Shown: positions 46,712 to 54,466 of the stretch, piece by piece | Layout of the letters: each line of letters begins with the position of its first letter | How positions within the stretch are numbered: the first letter of the stretch is position 1 | Virus record (IMG/VR): IMGVR_UViG_3300031965_000432 | Coordinates: 1 to 54,466 of that record | Direction: 5' to 3' (one strand) | Source: a virus | Taxonomy: Duplodnaviria > Caudoviricetes | Length of the DNA stretch: 54,466 nucleotides | The notes under the pieces: model-generated | Seen by the model: the letters and a program-made list of their open reading frames with translations, nothing else | What the model was told of the DNA's origin: nothing | Databases searched by the model: none | Made by a program: the position numbers and the translations under genes

Positions 46712-49071
46712 CGCAACCCTCCGATCACTGAATGAACCACGTTCTCACGCTTCTCAAGCGCTCGGTATATAGCCCCGTCAATCGTCCCCTGCGCCACGAG
46801 GTGTACGTACGTCACGTTTCGCCCCTGGCCGGGCCGCAAGACGCGTGCCCTCGCCTGGTCATACTCCGCCAAACTATGCGATAACGAATAGAAAACACAG
46901 TACCGCGCCTGTACGAGTGAGATACCAAGTCCGCCGGCTTGGATCTGTACCGCGATCAATGGCGCCGTGCCGTGCGACTCGCCATTGCGTCTACCCCAAT
47001 CCGCGTACTGATTCATGCGCCCAGATATCTCCAGGTAGGGACGGTGAGCCATTTGGCTCACCGCGCGAATCGCATCCAGGTCCGCATGGAATCGTCCGAA
47101 CACCGCCACCGGTTCAGTAGGGTCGATGTCTTCCAATAAATCCGCCAGCGCGCGAGCCTTGGCGTGTGACACGCGACGTTCGACGCCATCGTCGTCAGTC
47201 ACCACGCCGCCGGTAGTCTGCTGCAATCGCAGGATTCGAACCAGCGCATTGGCCGCCGTGACCGTACCGTCAGCGATGTCCGCGATCAGGTCGCGCTCCA
47301 GCTTCCGGTAAAACCGCCGCGCCTCCGGCTCGAGCTCGCACACACGTTGCAGGTCCACGTGGTCCGGTAGGTCGATAACGTCGGCAGTCTCGACGCGGGT
47401 GGCTATCGACCACATTCGCGCCTTGAGATCATCGAGATTGTGCCAGGCCCACGGCTGTAGTATGCCCGCACGCATTGACGTTACGCCGTCGTGTGAGCCC
47501 CAGCGCGCGGGTCGTGTGTATCGCGCCTTGAACGAGGTGAACGTCCACGGCACGCCGCCCGTGCTGTACACCCGCGGCTCTATCGCTCGATACTGCGCAT
47601 AGATGCCGAGCGGTCCGTCGGCGCCGCTGATAGGCGTACCGGTTAGCTCTAGACGATGCGGAATGCCCGATGCGATCTTGGCGACCATGCGCGACTGCTT
47701 ACCGGCGGGGGCTTTCATGCGGTGGCAGTTGTGGACCAGTAGTCCGCCCGCGAAGTAGTTTCCCGTTTCAGTCTCTAGGTTGTAGACCGTACGGCGTCTA
47801 GGACCGTGTTCGCCACTGCGTCCAGGTCGCTCATCACTTCGGGATTCTTGAACCTCAGCACGCGCCAGCCATGATCTCGGAGCCAGGAATCCTTCCGCGC
47901 ATCCGCGGCCCGCACCCGCGAGGTTTCGTGAGATTGCCCGTCCACCTCGATTGCGATCTTTAACACCGGGTCCGCGATATCGATCTTGTAGTGAGGCGGC
48001 TTGCCCTTGGTGCGCGTACCTGTCCTCACCACGACCTCGGTGGCCCACCCCAGCCGCGCTGCTAATAGTCGCTGCGGAACTGAAAGCGGCTTCCCGTTTC
48101 CCCCATTGAGGTGCGCGTATCCCCGCTCGCGTAATGCGATCTGAGACTTCCGCTGAACCCGCGGATCGTTGAATGGATTGGTCGGACCCGATAAATGCCG
48201 CGCGAGCTTGGCTTGTACCTCGGGGCGCGAACGTATCTGATTCATTGCCACGCGCGCCTTCGCCACTAAGTCGGGGCGATTCCGCATACGCCAGCGTCCT
48301 GAACACCTCTTGCCGCAAAACTCCGCACTTGCCCTCCGGCCCATAAAGGAGCGACCGCACTCCTTGCAAAGCCCCGGAAATCGAAGCGGGTTCTTGTATG
48401 GCACACGGGGATTTTATCACAGTGAGGCCCGCTGCGTCTAGTGCCTTTACGTACCCAACCTCTTGTGTCCACACCGGATGTTCCGGCGTCATCGCCACCC
48501 CATTGACTTGCACGAGGTCGCCGACAAAGGCGCGGCTGAATGTAGACCGCACACGAGTTGGCACTACAATCCCGTCCCGCTCGCCCCACACCGCATCGCC
48601 TTCACGGAGCGCCTCGATCGGTACGGTCCCAGCAGGCGTGTCAACCGCGGTGCCAGCCGGAAAACACTCATCGCAGATAAGCGCATCCCATTCCGTGGCT
48701 GCCAGCATCTCGCCGAACTTATTGCCAAGCGGGATAGCCTCGTAATTCACGATCGCGGTTACCGGGTGGTTCCACGTCAATGCTTTCTTGATTTGCGCCA
48801 TGCGCTCTTTGACGGGCCCGGATGCTAGTTCGGTAACGATCGGATCGAACGTTGCAAACTGCTCGAGCTGGCCAGCCCAAACGCCGCTCGCGACCGACTT
48901 AGGTGCAAGGATCAGCGTCCGTCGTGGTCGGGTCTCGTTCAGGCACTCAATAGCCGTCCGGCTCTTGCCGGCACCCATGTCGCTAAAGTTGGCCGCGCCT
49001 CGGCCTTGCGCCCAGAGTGCTAGATGGTGGTCGCGGTGGGCGATCTGGTGGGGCCAGGGAGCGCTCATCAC
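46708..49071 (-). CDS. SNF2-family SF2 helicase with intein
   Basis: DMGAGKS, LAP, NYE, ICDE|CH, LTGTP, GGLGISL, QARARVLRPGQ. Confidence 0.93.
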   Translation of the reverse strand: MMSAPWPHQIAHRDHHLALWAQGRGAANFSDMGAGKSRTAIECLNETRPRRTLILAPKSVASGVWAGQLEQFATFDPIVTELASGPVKERMAQIKKALTWNHPVTAIVNYEAIPLGNKFGEMLAATEWDALICDECFPAGTAVDTPAGTVPIEALREGDAVWGERDGIVVPTRVRSTFSRAFVGDLVQVNGVAMTPEHPVWTQEVGYVKALDAAGLTVIKSPCAIQEPASISGALQGVRSLLYGPEGKCGVLRQEVFRTLAYAESPRLSGEGARGNESDTFAPRGTSQARAAFIGSDQSIQRSAGSAEVSDRITRAGIRAPQWGKREAAFSSAATISSAAGVGHRGRGEDRYAHQGQAASLQDRYRGPGVKDRNRGGRAISRNLAGAGRGCAEGFLAPRSWLARAEVQESRSDERPGRSGEHGPRRRTVYNLETETGNYFAGGLLVHNCHRMKAPAGKQSRMVAKIASGIPHRLELTGTPISGADGPLGIYAQYRAIEPRVYSTGGVPWTFTSFKARYTRPARWGSHDGVTSMRAGILQPWAWHNLDDLKARMWSIATRVETADVIDLPDHVDLQRVCELEPEARRFYRKLERDLIADIADGTVTAANALVRILRLQQTTGGVVTDDDGVERRVSHAKARALADLLEDIDPTEPVAVFGRFHADLDAIRAVSQMAHRPYLEISGRMNQYADWGRRNGESHGTAPLIAVQIQAGGLGISLVQARYCVFYSLSHSLAEYDQARARVLRPGQGRNVTYVHLVAQGTIDGAIYRALEKRENVVHSVIGGLR
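47775..48404 (-). CDS. DUF559/Vsr-like PD-(D/E)XK endonuclease with N-terminal Zn finger, overprinted in the SNF2 intein
   Basis: CKECG..FCGKRC; YKIDIA...IAIEVDGQSH....D..KD.WL...GWRVLRF.N. Confidence 0.9.
   Translation of the reverse strand: MPYKNPLRFPGLCKECGRSFMGRRASAEFCGKRCSGRWRMRNRPDLVAKARVAMNQIRSRPEVQAKLARHLSGPTNPFNDPRVQRKSQIALRERGYAHLNGGNGKPLSVPQRLLAARLGWATEVVVRTGTRTKGKPPHYKIDIADPVLKIAIEVDGQSHETSRVRAADARKDSWLRDHGWRVLRFKNPEVMSDLDAVANTVLDAVRSTT
48411..48440 (-). promoter_or_regulatory. internal promoter for the nested DUF559 gene (leaderless)
   Basis: TAGACG-18-TAAAAT with extended TG; 6 nt before GTG 48404. Confidence 0.7.
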
Positions 49072-49589
49072 TTCACCCCCAACGGAGCGCGCCCTAGAAT
49101 ATGTATTGCCTCAAGCTCTAGTAGTTCGTCAATCCGAAGAATCACCTCGTTGCGAGTCAGGTCTTCGCCTAAATATCTAGCTGCGTAGTGTCCGGCCACG
49201 TAGGGACGGAACCACTCAGAATGAGTAAACATCCACGGGCGATCCATCTTGACTTTACCTTGAATCGTTAGGTGGCAGCGCTGGCAGAGCGCCACGAGAT
49301 TCCACCAGCGGCAGTCTGACTTATCCCCGTTCAGATGGTGCACTGTGAGGATGCGCCATTGCGCCTCGAATCCAACCAGCCCGACCGGCCTCGTCGGTCC
49401 GTCGTGGAGGCAGTGGTCGTCACAGCGAGTCCATTCGCCCGACCCCATGGCGCCGACTCGATACGGATGCTGGCACCGCACGCAGCGATGATGTGCCCGT
49501 GTACGCACGCAGTCGCCAATTGAATCCCAAACGGTTGGGTAGCCGTCCCGGCGGAGTTCGTTGGCGGTGTAGCGCCTGAATATGGTCAT
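49068..49589 (-). CDS. HNH endonuclease-domain protein
   Basis: RCVRC...LTVHHLNGDKSDC...NLVALCQRCH. Confidence 0.85.
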   Translation of the reverse strand: MTIFRRYTANELRRDGYPTVWDSIGDCVRTRAHHRCVRCQHPYRVGAMGSGEWTRCDDHCLHDGPTRPVGLVGFEAQWRILTVHHLNGDKSDCRWWNLVALCQRCHLTIQGKVKMDRPWMFTHSEWFRPYVAGHYAARYLGEDLTRNEVILRIDELLELEAIHILGRAPLGVK

Positions 49590-51082
49590 CCTTCCCTCCA
49601 TGCGCCGACGCTAGTACGTCCGCTGGTTGTCGATCCTTCTACCATTAGTGATCCTCGTCTCCATCCGGCCTGCGTCAGTCGTTTGTATACGTCACTGATA
49701 TCTAGCTTCCGGTACCCGTTGTGAAATAGCCGACCGTGTAATTGCTGAGGGCGAAGCCATAGCCGCCCATTGATACGGACGATGCTCTGATTCAATGCGC
49801 TACGCAGTTCGTCAGGCTCGGGCTCGTCTATCACTGGCTGAATTTCTGTCCAGTGTGAGAGCCAATCCTCCACGATCTCTCGAGCGTCGGTCGGTTCGAA
49901 CTGCTCGATCCTTACAAGCGACCGCATCGCGGCCGCCCAGCGAAGCCACTCGGGCGCCTTAACTGGCTTGAGGATCAGCGGCCCGCCGTCTAGGAGGCGA
50001 TGCCGGATAGTGGTTTGATCGCCGATTCTCGGACCCAGTGAAACCGAACGGCCGTCCCGAAACCGGAGTGTGTATTCCGGGTTTGCGCCTTGCGATAGCG
50101 ACCAGTCCGCCACGGATGGCACGTCTAATACCGCCATGGCCAGTAGTGCGTCTACATGGTCGATGCGGTCCTTCGGGGTAAGGCTTTTTATATCCGCGTC
50201 GGGGATTGCCAGGCGGAGCGCTCGTGTCCGTCGCTGCTCGCTTCGTAGATGCGTCCGGTGAACAGATTCCGCGATACCTCGCACTTCCTTATCCGACAGC
50301 TTCGGATCGCAAAGACGTGCGTTCACTCCATGTAGTTGCTGCAGCACCGATTCGAGCGCCTCGCCCTTGCCGTAAAAGTGTCCGGCGATCTGGGTCAGTG
50401 CAAGGTTGCGAAGACCCGATGGGATAGACATCAGCATTACCCGCTGGATGTCGAACGGCTCGTCGTCTACTACATAGATCGACGAACTCAGCGCAGATAC
50501 GACCTGGAAGCTTTGAATGATGTGCGCGGGGCATGGCGGAATTGTCGTATCCCACGGTTCCGCCGACGCCTCCCACGTGTACGGTCTCCCAGATGCGTGC
50601 ATGGACGGTGGCGCCACGACGTATCCTCGGGCTGCCTTGATGTCGATGCCTGGTAGTATTGGGCGACTACGCAAGTCCAGTTCCGAGGGCCACTGGTAGT
50701 AGTAGTGCTGACCACCGCTACCGGTGATGCACACCGGTCCGTCCGGCAGCGCGCCGTGCTTTTCGATAAGTTCCTCTAGCGACGCCTCGCCGCCATGACG
50801 CGGATCGATATCAAGAACGACTAGACCGGCCAGCTTCCCCGTAAGCACGCCTATGTTCGCGTCCGGCCAGCGTTGCCACCAAGCGGACACCGCTTCGCGT
50901 GTTGGGTGGGCATCCCACAGCGGCGCCAGCTCACCCTCCGCTAGCCGCGGATGCTTACCAGGATGCCCACAGGTCGCGTCACCGCAACTACACCGGCCAT
51001 CCGTCGGCGTATGCAACGGAACGACGCCCCAGCCAAGGGCGACTAGTCGCAGGGGATCTTCCGCTCCGCGCGTCACCTGCAT
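49586..51082 (-). CDS. bifunctional DNA primase/polymerase (Prim-Pol + PriCT-1)
   Basis: CSCG...C..PGKHP, NIGVLTG, VLDID, TGSGGQHYY, GIDIK...GYVVAPPS.H, G.RN..L. Confidence 0.93.
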   Translation of the reverse strand: MQVTRGAEDPLRLVALGWGVVPLHTPTDGRCSCGDATCGHPGKHPRLAEGELAPLWDAHPTREAVSAWWQRWPDANIGVLTGKLAGLVVLDIDPRHGGEASLEELIEKHGALPDGPVCITGSGGQHYYYQWPSELDLRSRPILPGIDIKAARGYVVAPPSMHASGRPYTWEASAEPWDTTIPPCPAHIIQSFQVVSALSSSIYVVDDEPFDIQRVMLMSIPSGLRNLALTQIAGHFYGKGEALESVLQQLHGVNARLCDPKLSDKEVRGIAESVHRTHLRSEQRRTRALRLAIPDADIKSLTPKDRIDHVDALLAMAVLDVPSVADWSLSQGANPEYTLRFRDGRSVSLGPRIGDQTTIRHRLLDGGPLILKPVKAPEWLRWAAAMRSLVRIEQFEPTDAREIVEDWLSHWTEIQPVIDEPEPDELRSALNQSIVRINGRLWLRPQQLHGRLFHNGYRKLDISDVYKRLTQAGWRRGSLMVEGSTTSGRTSVGAWREG

Positions 51083-51255
51083 ACGCCTGCATACGCCGTG
51101 AATACGCGCCTAATGGGGCTCTCTAACAGAAGTGAATACGCTGAATAGCGTATTCTGGCAAAAAAGTGGAGGGCCGCTTTTTTTCTTAAAAGGGCATATT
51201 CGGCGTATTCATACCTGTTAGCTAGGCGTATTCTGCGCGTATTCAGCGCGTATTC
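51080..51255. repeat. iteron-like GAATACGC cluster, putative replication origin
   Basis: GAATACGC at 51100 and 51134; GCGTATTC at 51148, 51203, 51226, 51237 and 51248; CATACGC at 51080 and 51090; A/T tracts at 51160-51191. Confidence 0.7.
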
Positions 51256-51302
51256 CTGTCGGCGCAAGAAAAGGAACGGCCTTCGCAGATGCCCAGAGGG
51301 AG

Positions 51303-51453
51303 GCTGCCAAGCAACCCAAAGGAATTGGTGCGAAGGCCGTTGTCGCCATGATACCTACCTTCTGACTTGAGCACCCCAACTCCTTTTGTTGCTTGGCAGC
51401 AAGACAAACGTACATGCGCGCCGTGGCGATGTCAAATGCCACGGCGCGCATGT
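51303..51453 (-). other. structured non-coding segment (two hairpins)
   Basis: 13-bp gctgccaagcaac/gttgcttggcagc (51303-51315/51388-51400) plus inner pairing; 16-bp perfect stem 51412-51453. Confidence 0.65.
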
Positions 51454-51455
51454 CA

Positions 51456-52154
51456 CTACGCCGCGTCCGCTTGCGCGACGGGGATGCCCTTCAGCGCAGG
51501 CACGAGCCGAGCTGCATACACGCGGATCGCGTCGGACTCCTCGGCGGCGAGTGGCTCGCCCCGCCGGAACACCGGCCGGGAGTACCCGACGCCGCCCTTG
51601 CTCTGGGTCTTCTCGAGCGTAATCACCGTCTCGACGCCGAACGGATCCGTATTGGTATCGAACAGCGCGAGATTGTAGACGTACGCCGCTCGGAACGCCG
51701 ACGGCGGCGCCGGGAAGTACAGCGGCAGCCGGTGGCCGGGCTGCAGCAGAAAAACCCGCGTGATATGCCTGCAAGCCTGCGCGTTGCCGCCATCCGGCTT
51801 GCTGCCCCATTGCGACAGCGGGCAGGTTAGGCAGTCTCCACCCGGATCGCCGTGGCCAGTCACCGCATCCTGTGACGAACAATCGGGTGGCTGCCCGCCG
51901 CCCGTATCCTCAATCGAACCCGCCCAATACGCGCGCACCGGCTGCCGCAGGATCATTACCCCGCGAAGCTCTTTCGTGGCGTCGCCCGATGGCAACTCAA
52001 AATTGAGCCCGCCGCCGGCGGGAACTTTGACGGTCGGCAGTACCGTCACATCGATCGCGCCGCCGCCAGCCGCCATCTCCGCGAACTGGCGGGCGACGTC
52101 ATCATTGATCGTGAGCGCGTACGACTCGCGCGTTGCAAGTGAATCCTTACCCAT
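51456..52154 (-). CDS. putative ssDNA-binding/recombination protein
   Basis: KVPAGGG..F, RAYW..PPDCSS.D, C..CP.SQWGS, AC; position in the replication module. Confidence 0.6.
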   Translation of the reverse strand: MGKDSLATRESYALTINDDVARQFAEMAAGGGAIDVTVLPTVKVPAGGGLNFELPSGDATKELRGVMILRQPVRAYWAGSIEDTGGGQPPDCSSQDAVTGHGDPGGDCLTCPLSQWGSKPDGGNAQACRHITRVFLLQPGHRLPLYFPAPPSAFRAAYVYNLALFDTNTDPFGVETVITLEKTQSKGGVGYSRPVFRRGEPLAAEESDAIRVYAARLVPALKGIPVAQADAA

Positions 52155-52196
52155 TGAGCATTGCTCCTTGAAATATGAACTTTGGTCCGTGTGCGG

Positions 52197-52589
52197 TTAC
52201 GAGCCGCGAACGCGTAGCCCCGTCCGTTTCTCGACCTTGAGCGCGCCACGGATTGACTCAGGGATGGTGGCTAGCGTTCCCTCTCGTTCATGCTCTTGGT
52301 ACCACGCCCGTAACTTCGGATGCGAAATCGTTACGAGCTCAAGCAATCCGTTATCACTGAACAGCGAGTGCAGTAGCGCCGTATCGCCGCCGACCAGCGT
52401 TGACGTGTGTGAGTAGACCGTTTGGCCTGCGTCTGTCTTGACGGACGTTACGCGCTCGGCTAGGAACTCCTCGAGCAGCGCCGCCTCGACGGCAACTAAC
52501 TCGTCCTTGGCCTCTCGAAGCTCGGCCTCGAGCGCGCGTTTGCGCTCCGTGGCGTCCGTGAACCGGTCGACTAAGTGCGGTGTGGGCAT
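52197..52589 (-). CDS. conserved phage replication-module hypothetical protein
   Basis: N-terminal coiled coil, V.SVKT..G.T, H..LRAW..E; first gene after the leftward promoter. Confidence 0.65.
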   Translation of the reverse strand: MPTPHLVDRFTDATERKRALEAELREAKDELVAVEAALLEEFLAERVTSVKTDAGQTVYSHTSTLVGGDTALLHSLFSDNGLLELVTISHPKLRAWYQEHEREGTLATIPESIRGALKVEKRTGLRVRGS

Positions 52590-52626
52590 TGATCGTTCCT
52601 CCATGCGCTACGTCACCCGTAGCAGG

Positions 52627-52659
52627 TGCTAGAATAGCGCGTACATGCGTTCACGTCAA
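52627..52659. promoter_or_regulatory. overlapping divergent promoters
   Basis: Minus: TTGACG-17-TATTCT (52659-52631). Plus: extended -10 TGcTAGAAT (52627-52635). Confidence 0.65.
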
Positions 52660-52673
52660 ACGAAGGGGCGTTT

Positions 52674-52886
52674 ATGGCTATAACGCCATTGACCGAAAAA
52701 ACGGCGCGTCGTTGCGCCTGTGGGTGCGGAGAGACGTTTATTCCGCGGCGCCGGAATCATCGCTACGTTTCCCCCGCGCATCGCATGGCGTACCATCGCC
52801 GTTCGACGCCGGCCATCCGACTCACTGAGCCGCGCATCCGGCGCATGATGGAAGCCGCGTTAGCCGCCGCGATGGAGTCGGAATGA
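52674..52886 (+). CDS. small Zn-finger protein
   Basis: CACGCGETF...Y.S..HR; AAGGGG SD; ATGA coupling to the HNH gene. Confidence 0.6.
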   Translation: MAITPLTEKTARRCACGCGETFIPRRRNHRYVSPAHRMAYHRRSTPAIRLTEPRIRRMMEAALAAAMESE

Positions 52887-53284
52887 CGCGGCGAGGTCGT
52901 CCACGCGCGCGGAACCTTCTAGAGACTCGAACGTGTGAAACGTGCCTCCAGCCGTACCATCCGTTAAAGGAAAAGCCGTTTCAGAAATACTGTTCGCGGC
53001 CGTGTGCAAACGCAGGCACGGCAAGACGGACAGCGGCGGCGAGAGCGGAAAGGCAACGCGGTCGCGGCGACGGCAAGGCGTACCGCAAGCTCAATGGTCG
53101 CCACATGCACCGCGTTATTGCGGAGGCTACTATCGGGCGCGCCCTTTTACCGAAGGAAGTAGTGCACCACATCAACGGGAACATCCTCGACAACCGTCCC
53201 GAAAACCTTGCCGTACTGCCGTCTCAGGGAGAACACGCGCGGATTCATGCGCGTGCTCGTAGAAAGGAGGTTGCCAAACAATGA
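52883..53284 (+). CDS. free-standing HNH endonuclease
   Basis: CETC..YCSRPC; HRVIAE..IGR.L...EVVHHINGN..DNRPENL....H..IH. Confidence 0.9.
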   Translation: MTRRGRPRARNLLETRTCETCLQPYHPLKEKPFQKYCSRPCANAGTARRTAAARAERQRGRGDGKAYRKLNGRHMHRVIAEATIGRALLPKEVVHHINGNILDNRPENLAVLPSQGEHARIHARARRKEVAKQ

Positions 53285-54466
53285 GCTTGCGTCGTCTCCG
53301 AATAGTCGGGCCGCCGGGCTCGGGTTGACAAAACCTCAACAATTAAGTCGATGTGCGAGCGCTGGGTCGACTCCGGCGAATACGAACCATCTGACTTCGT
53401 CCTAACGAGCTTCACCAAGGCCGCCGCCGTCGAGCTCGCTGGCCGTATCGACGTGCCCGAAGGGCACGCAACAACGATCCATGCGCTTTGCTACCAGGCG
53501 CTAGGCCGCCCGCCGATCGCCGAGAAAGGCGCATTGCTCAAGGAATGGAATGAGTCGTGTAAGCGCGACGACTGGAAGATCCCCGTTACGGGCGCAGGCC
53601 TTGACGACGGCGTGAGCGCGCAAGACGGTGCCGTAGGCGATGCGCTCAGCATGTATAGCCTAGGGCGCGCTCTCCTACATCCGCTAGATCACGTCTGGTA
53701 CGACCAAGGCTGGGAGCTTCGGGACTTTATCAAGACGTGGGAGGGATTCAAGCGAGACACGGATAGCATCGACTTCACAGACATGCTCACGATGGGCCTA
53801 GAGTCGGTGCCGAATCTTCCACAAACGCCGCGCGTACTACTTGTCGACGAGTGCCTGCCATACAGCTCACGGGTCACACTGGCCGACGGGTCAACACTGC
53901 CCATCGGGGAAGTTGTTCACCGCAAACTAGAGGCATCTGTTTTAGCCTTCGATGAAGCGAGCGGTCAGGTAGTTGCGCGAAGAATAGTTGGTTGGCGCGC
54001 GGTCCCCCGGCGGGAACGAAAAATTGTGGAGTACGGCGGACTGCGCGCGACGGAAGACCACCCGATATTTGTCGGCAACGGCATGTACATGCCGTTGCAC
54101 CGGGTTAGTATGTTGCACCGCGCTGTGCTATGCTTAGACCATGAAGCGATACAACGCGAGCGACGCTCTAACCCCTACGGAGCGATCGATTGTTCTCGGG
54201 TCGCTGCTTGGCGACGCTTCGATCTCCCGAAATCCCGGACCGGGCGGGAACGCCCGCGTGAAGTTTGTGCAGGGAGTGGCGCAGCACGACTACCTAACGT
54301 GGAAAATGCGGTCTCTCCAGCGCTGGGTGCGATCCCCGATTCAAGGACCACAAATCAGCGGCTTCGGGGGAATCGTCTACCAATTCTCCACAACATCACA
54401 CCCTGTCTTTACCGACCTGCATACATTGATCTACGCGGACAAGTGTCGGCAGAAGCGCATCAGTCT
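53281..54466 (+). CDS. UvrD-like helicase, 5' part; Walker A interrupted by 4 extra nt
   Basis: AAGGAGG SD, MSLRRLRIVGPPGSG-[TGAC]-KT, SFTKAAA.EL, TIHALC, DF.DML, LLVDE|C; frame from 53330 is open to the window end. Confidence 0.88.
54126..54134 (+). promoter_or_regulatory. internal extended -10 promoter for the nested LAGLIDADG gene (leaderless)
   Basis: TGcTATGCT, then 6 nt, then ATG 54141. Confidence 0.65.
54141..54466 (+). CDS. LAGLIDADG endonuclease, 5' part (continues at 1-593), overprinted in intein 1
   Basis: Hand-translated MKRYNASDALTPTERSIVLGSLLGDAS...QHDYLTWK...STTSHPVF..L...Y...KRI. Confidence 0.88.
   Translation, partial: MKRYNASDALTPTERSIVLGSLLGDASISRNPGPGGNARVKFVQGVAQHDYLTWKMRSLQRWVRSPIQGPQISGFGGIVYQFSTTSHPVFTDLHTLIYADKCRQKRIS

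Larger units (their letters stand above)
47728..48666 (-). mobile_element. SNF2 intein (Walker B) hosting an out-of-frame DUF559 gene
   Basis: CFPAGTAV, TPEHP, VYNLETETGNYFAGGLLVHN|C. Confidence 0.92.
53852..54466 (+). mobile_element. Intein 1 of UvrD helicase, N-terminal part (Walker B)
   Basis: CLPYSSRVTLADG..LPIGE.V, ATEDHPIF. Confidence 0.92.

Noticed and set aside
51080-51255. CRISPR array
   Set aside because: The repeats are 8 nt, in both orientations and irregularly spaced, and no cas genes were seen.
51218-51451. ORF MRAVAFDIAT... as an exonuclease fragment
   Set aside because: It lies on perfect hairpins and iterons and lacks the further DEDD motifs, so it is probably non-coding.
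53326-53328. TGA readthrough or stop-codon reassignment in the helicase
   Set aside because: Readthrough alone leaves KT out of frame. TGA and TAG terminate many clearly bounded genes here, so the standard code fits.
53323-53332. Group I or II intron at the Walker A break
   Set aside because: Only 4 nt separate the two halves, with no room for an intron core.
53325-53355. TTGACA as a -35 promoter box
   Set aside because: There is no -10-like hexamer 16-18 nt downstream.
1-54466. Apparently frequent CTAG and CTA codons as a modification or recoding signal
   Set aside because: This is an impression only. It needs a k-mer count against a Markov background, which I could not run.

Overview
The window looks like an essentially complete, circularly permuted ~54.5 kb GC-rich tailed dsDNA phage genome with a siphovirus-like tail module. 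A UvrD-like helicase and a LAGLIDADG gene both run off the right end and resume at position 1. Both frames need the same small correction at the junction (2 mod 3 bases missing, or a 1-base overlap). Most genes are on the minus strand. They cover replication (SSB-like, putative origin, Prim-Pol, SNF2 helicase), packaging and head (TerS, TerL, portal, protease/scaffold, major capsid), a sugar synthesis/glycosyltransferase cluster, tail, lysis and small early genes. I recognised no integrase, DNA polymerase, tRNA or CRISPR array. The main result concerns the five inteins. Three of them (UvrD intein 1, SNF2 and TerL) are dual-coding: the intein frame stays open while a complete homing-endonuclease gene (LAGLIDADG, DUF559/Vsr-like or HNH) is overprinted inside it in another frame. 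Each nested gene is preceded by TGn-TAnnnT-6 nt-start codon, consistent with its own extended -10 promoter and a leaderless mRNA. Other notable signals: a 4-nt insertion splitting the UvrD Walker A motif next to a free-standing HNH gene, a +1 UUU-CGC frameshift in the tail chaperone, and a pseudoknot-like anti-SD RNA structure ahead of the glycosylation operon. All product calls come from motif recognition by eye, with no database search. A Chloroflexota/Actinomycetota-type host is only a guess.
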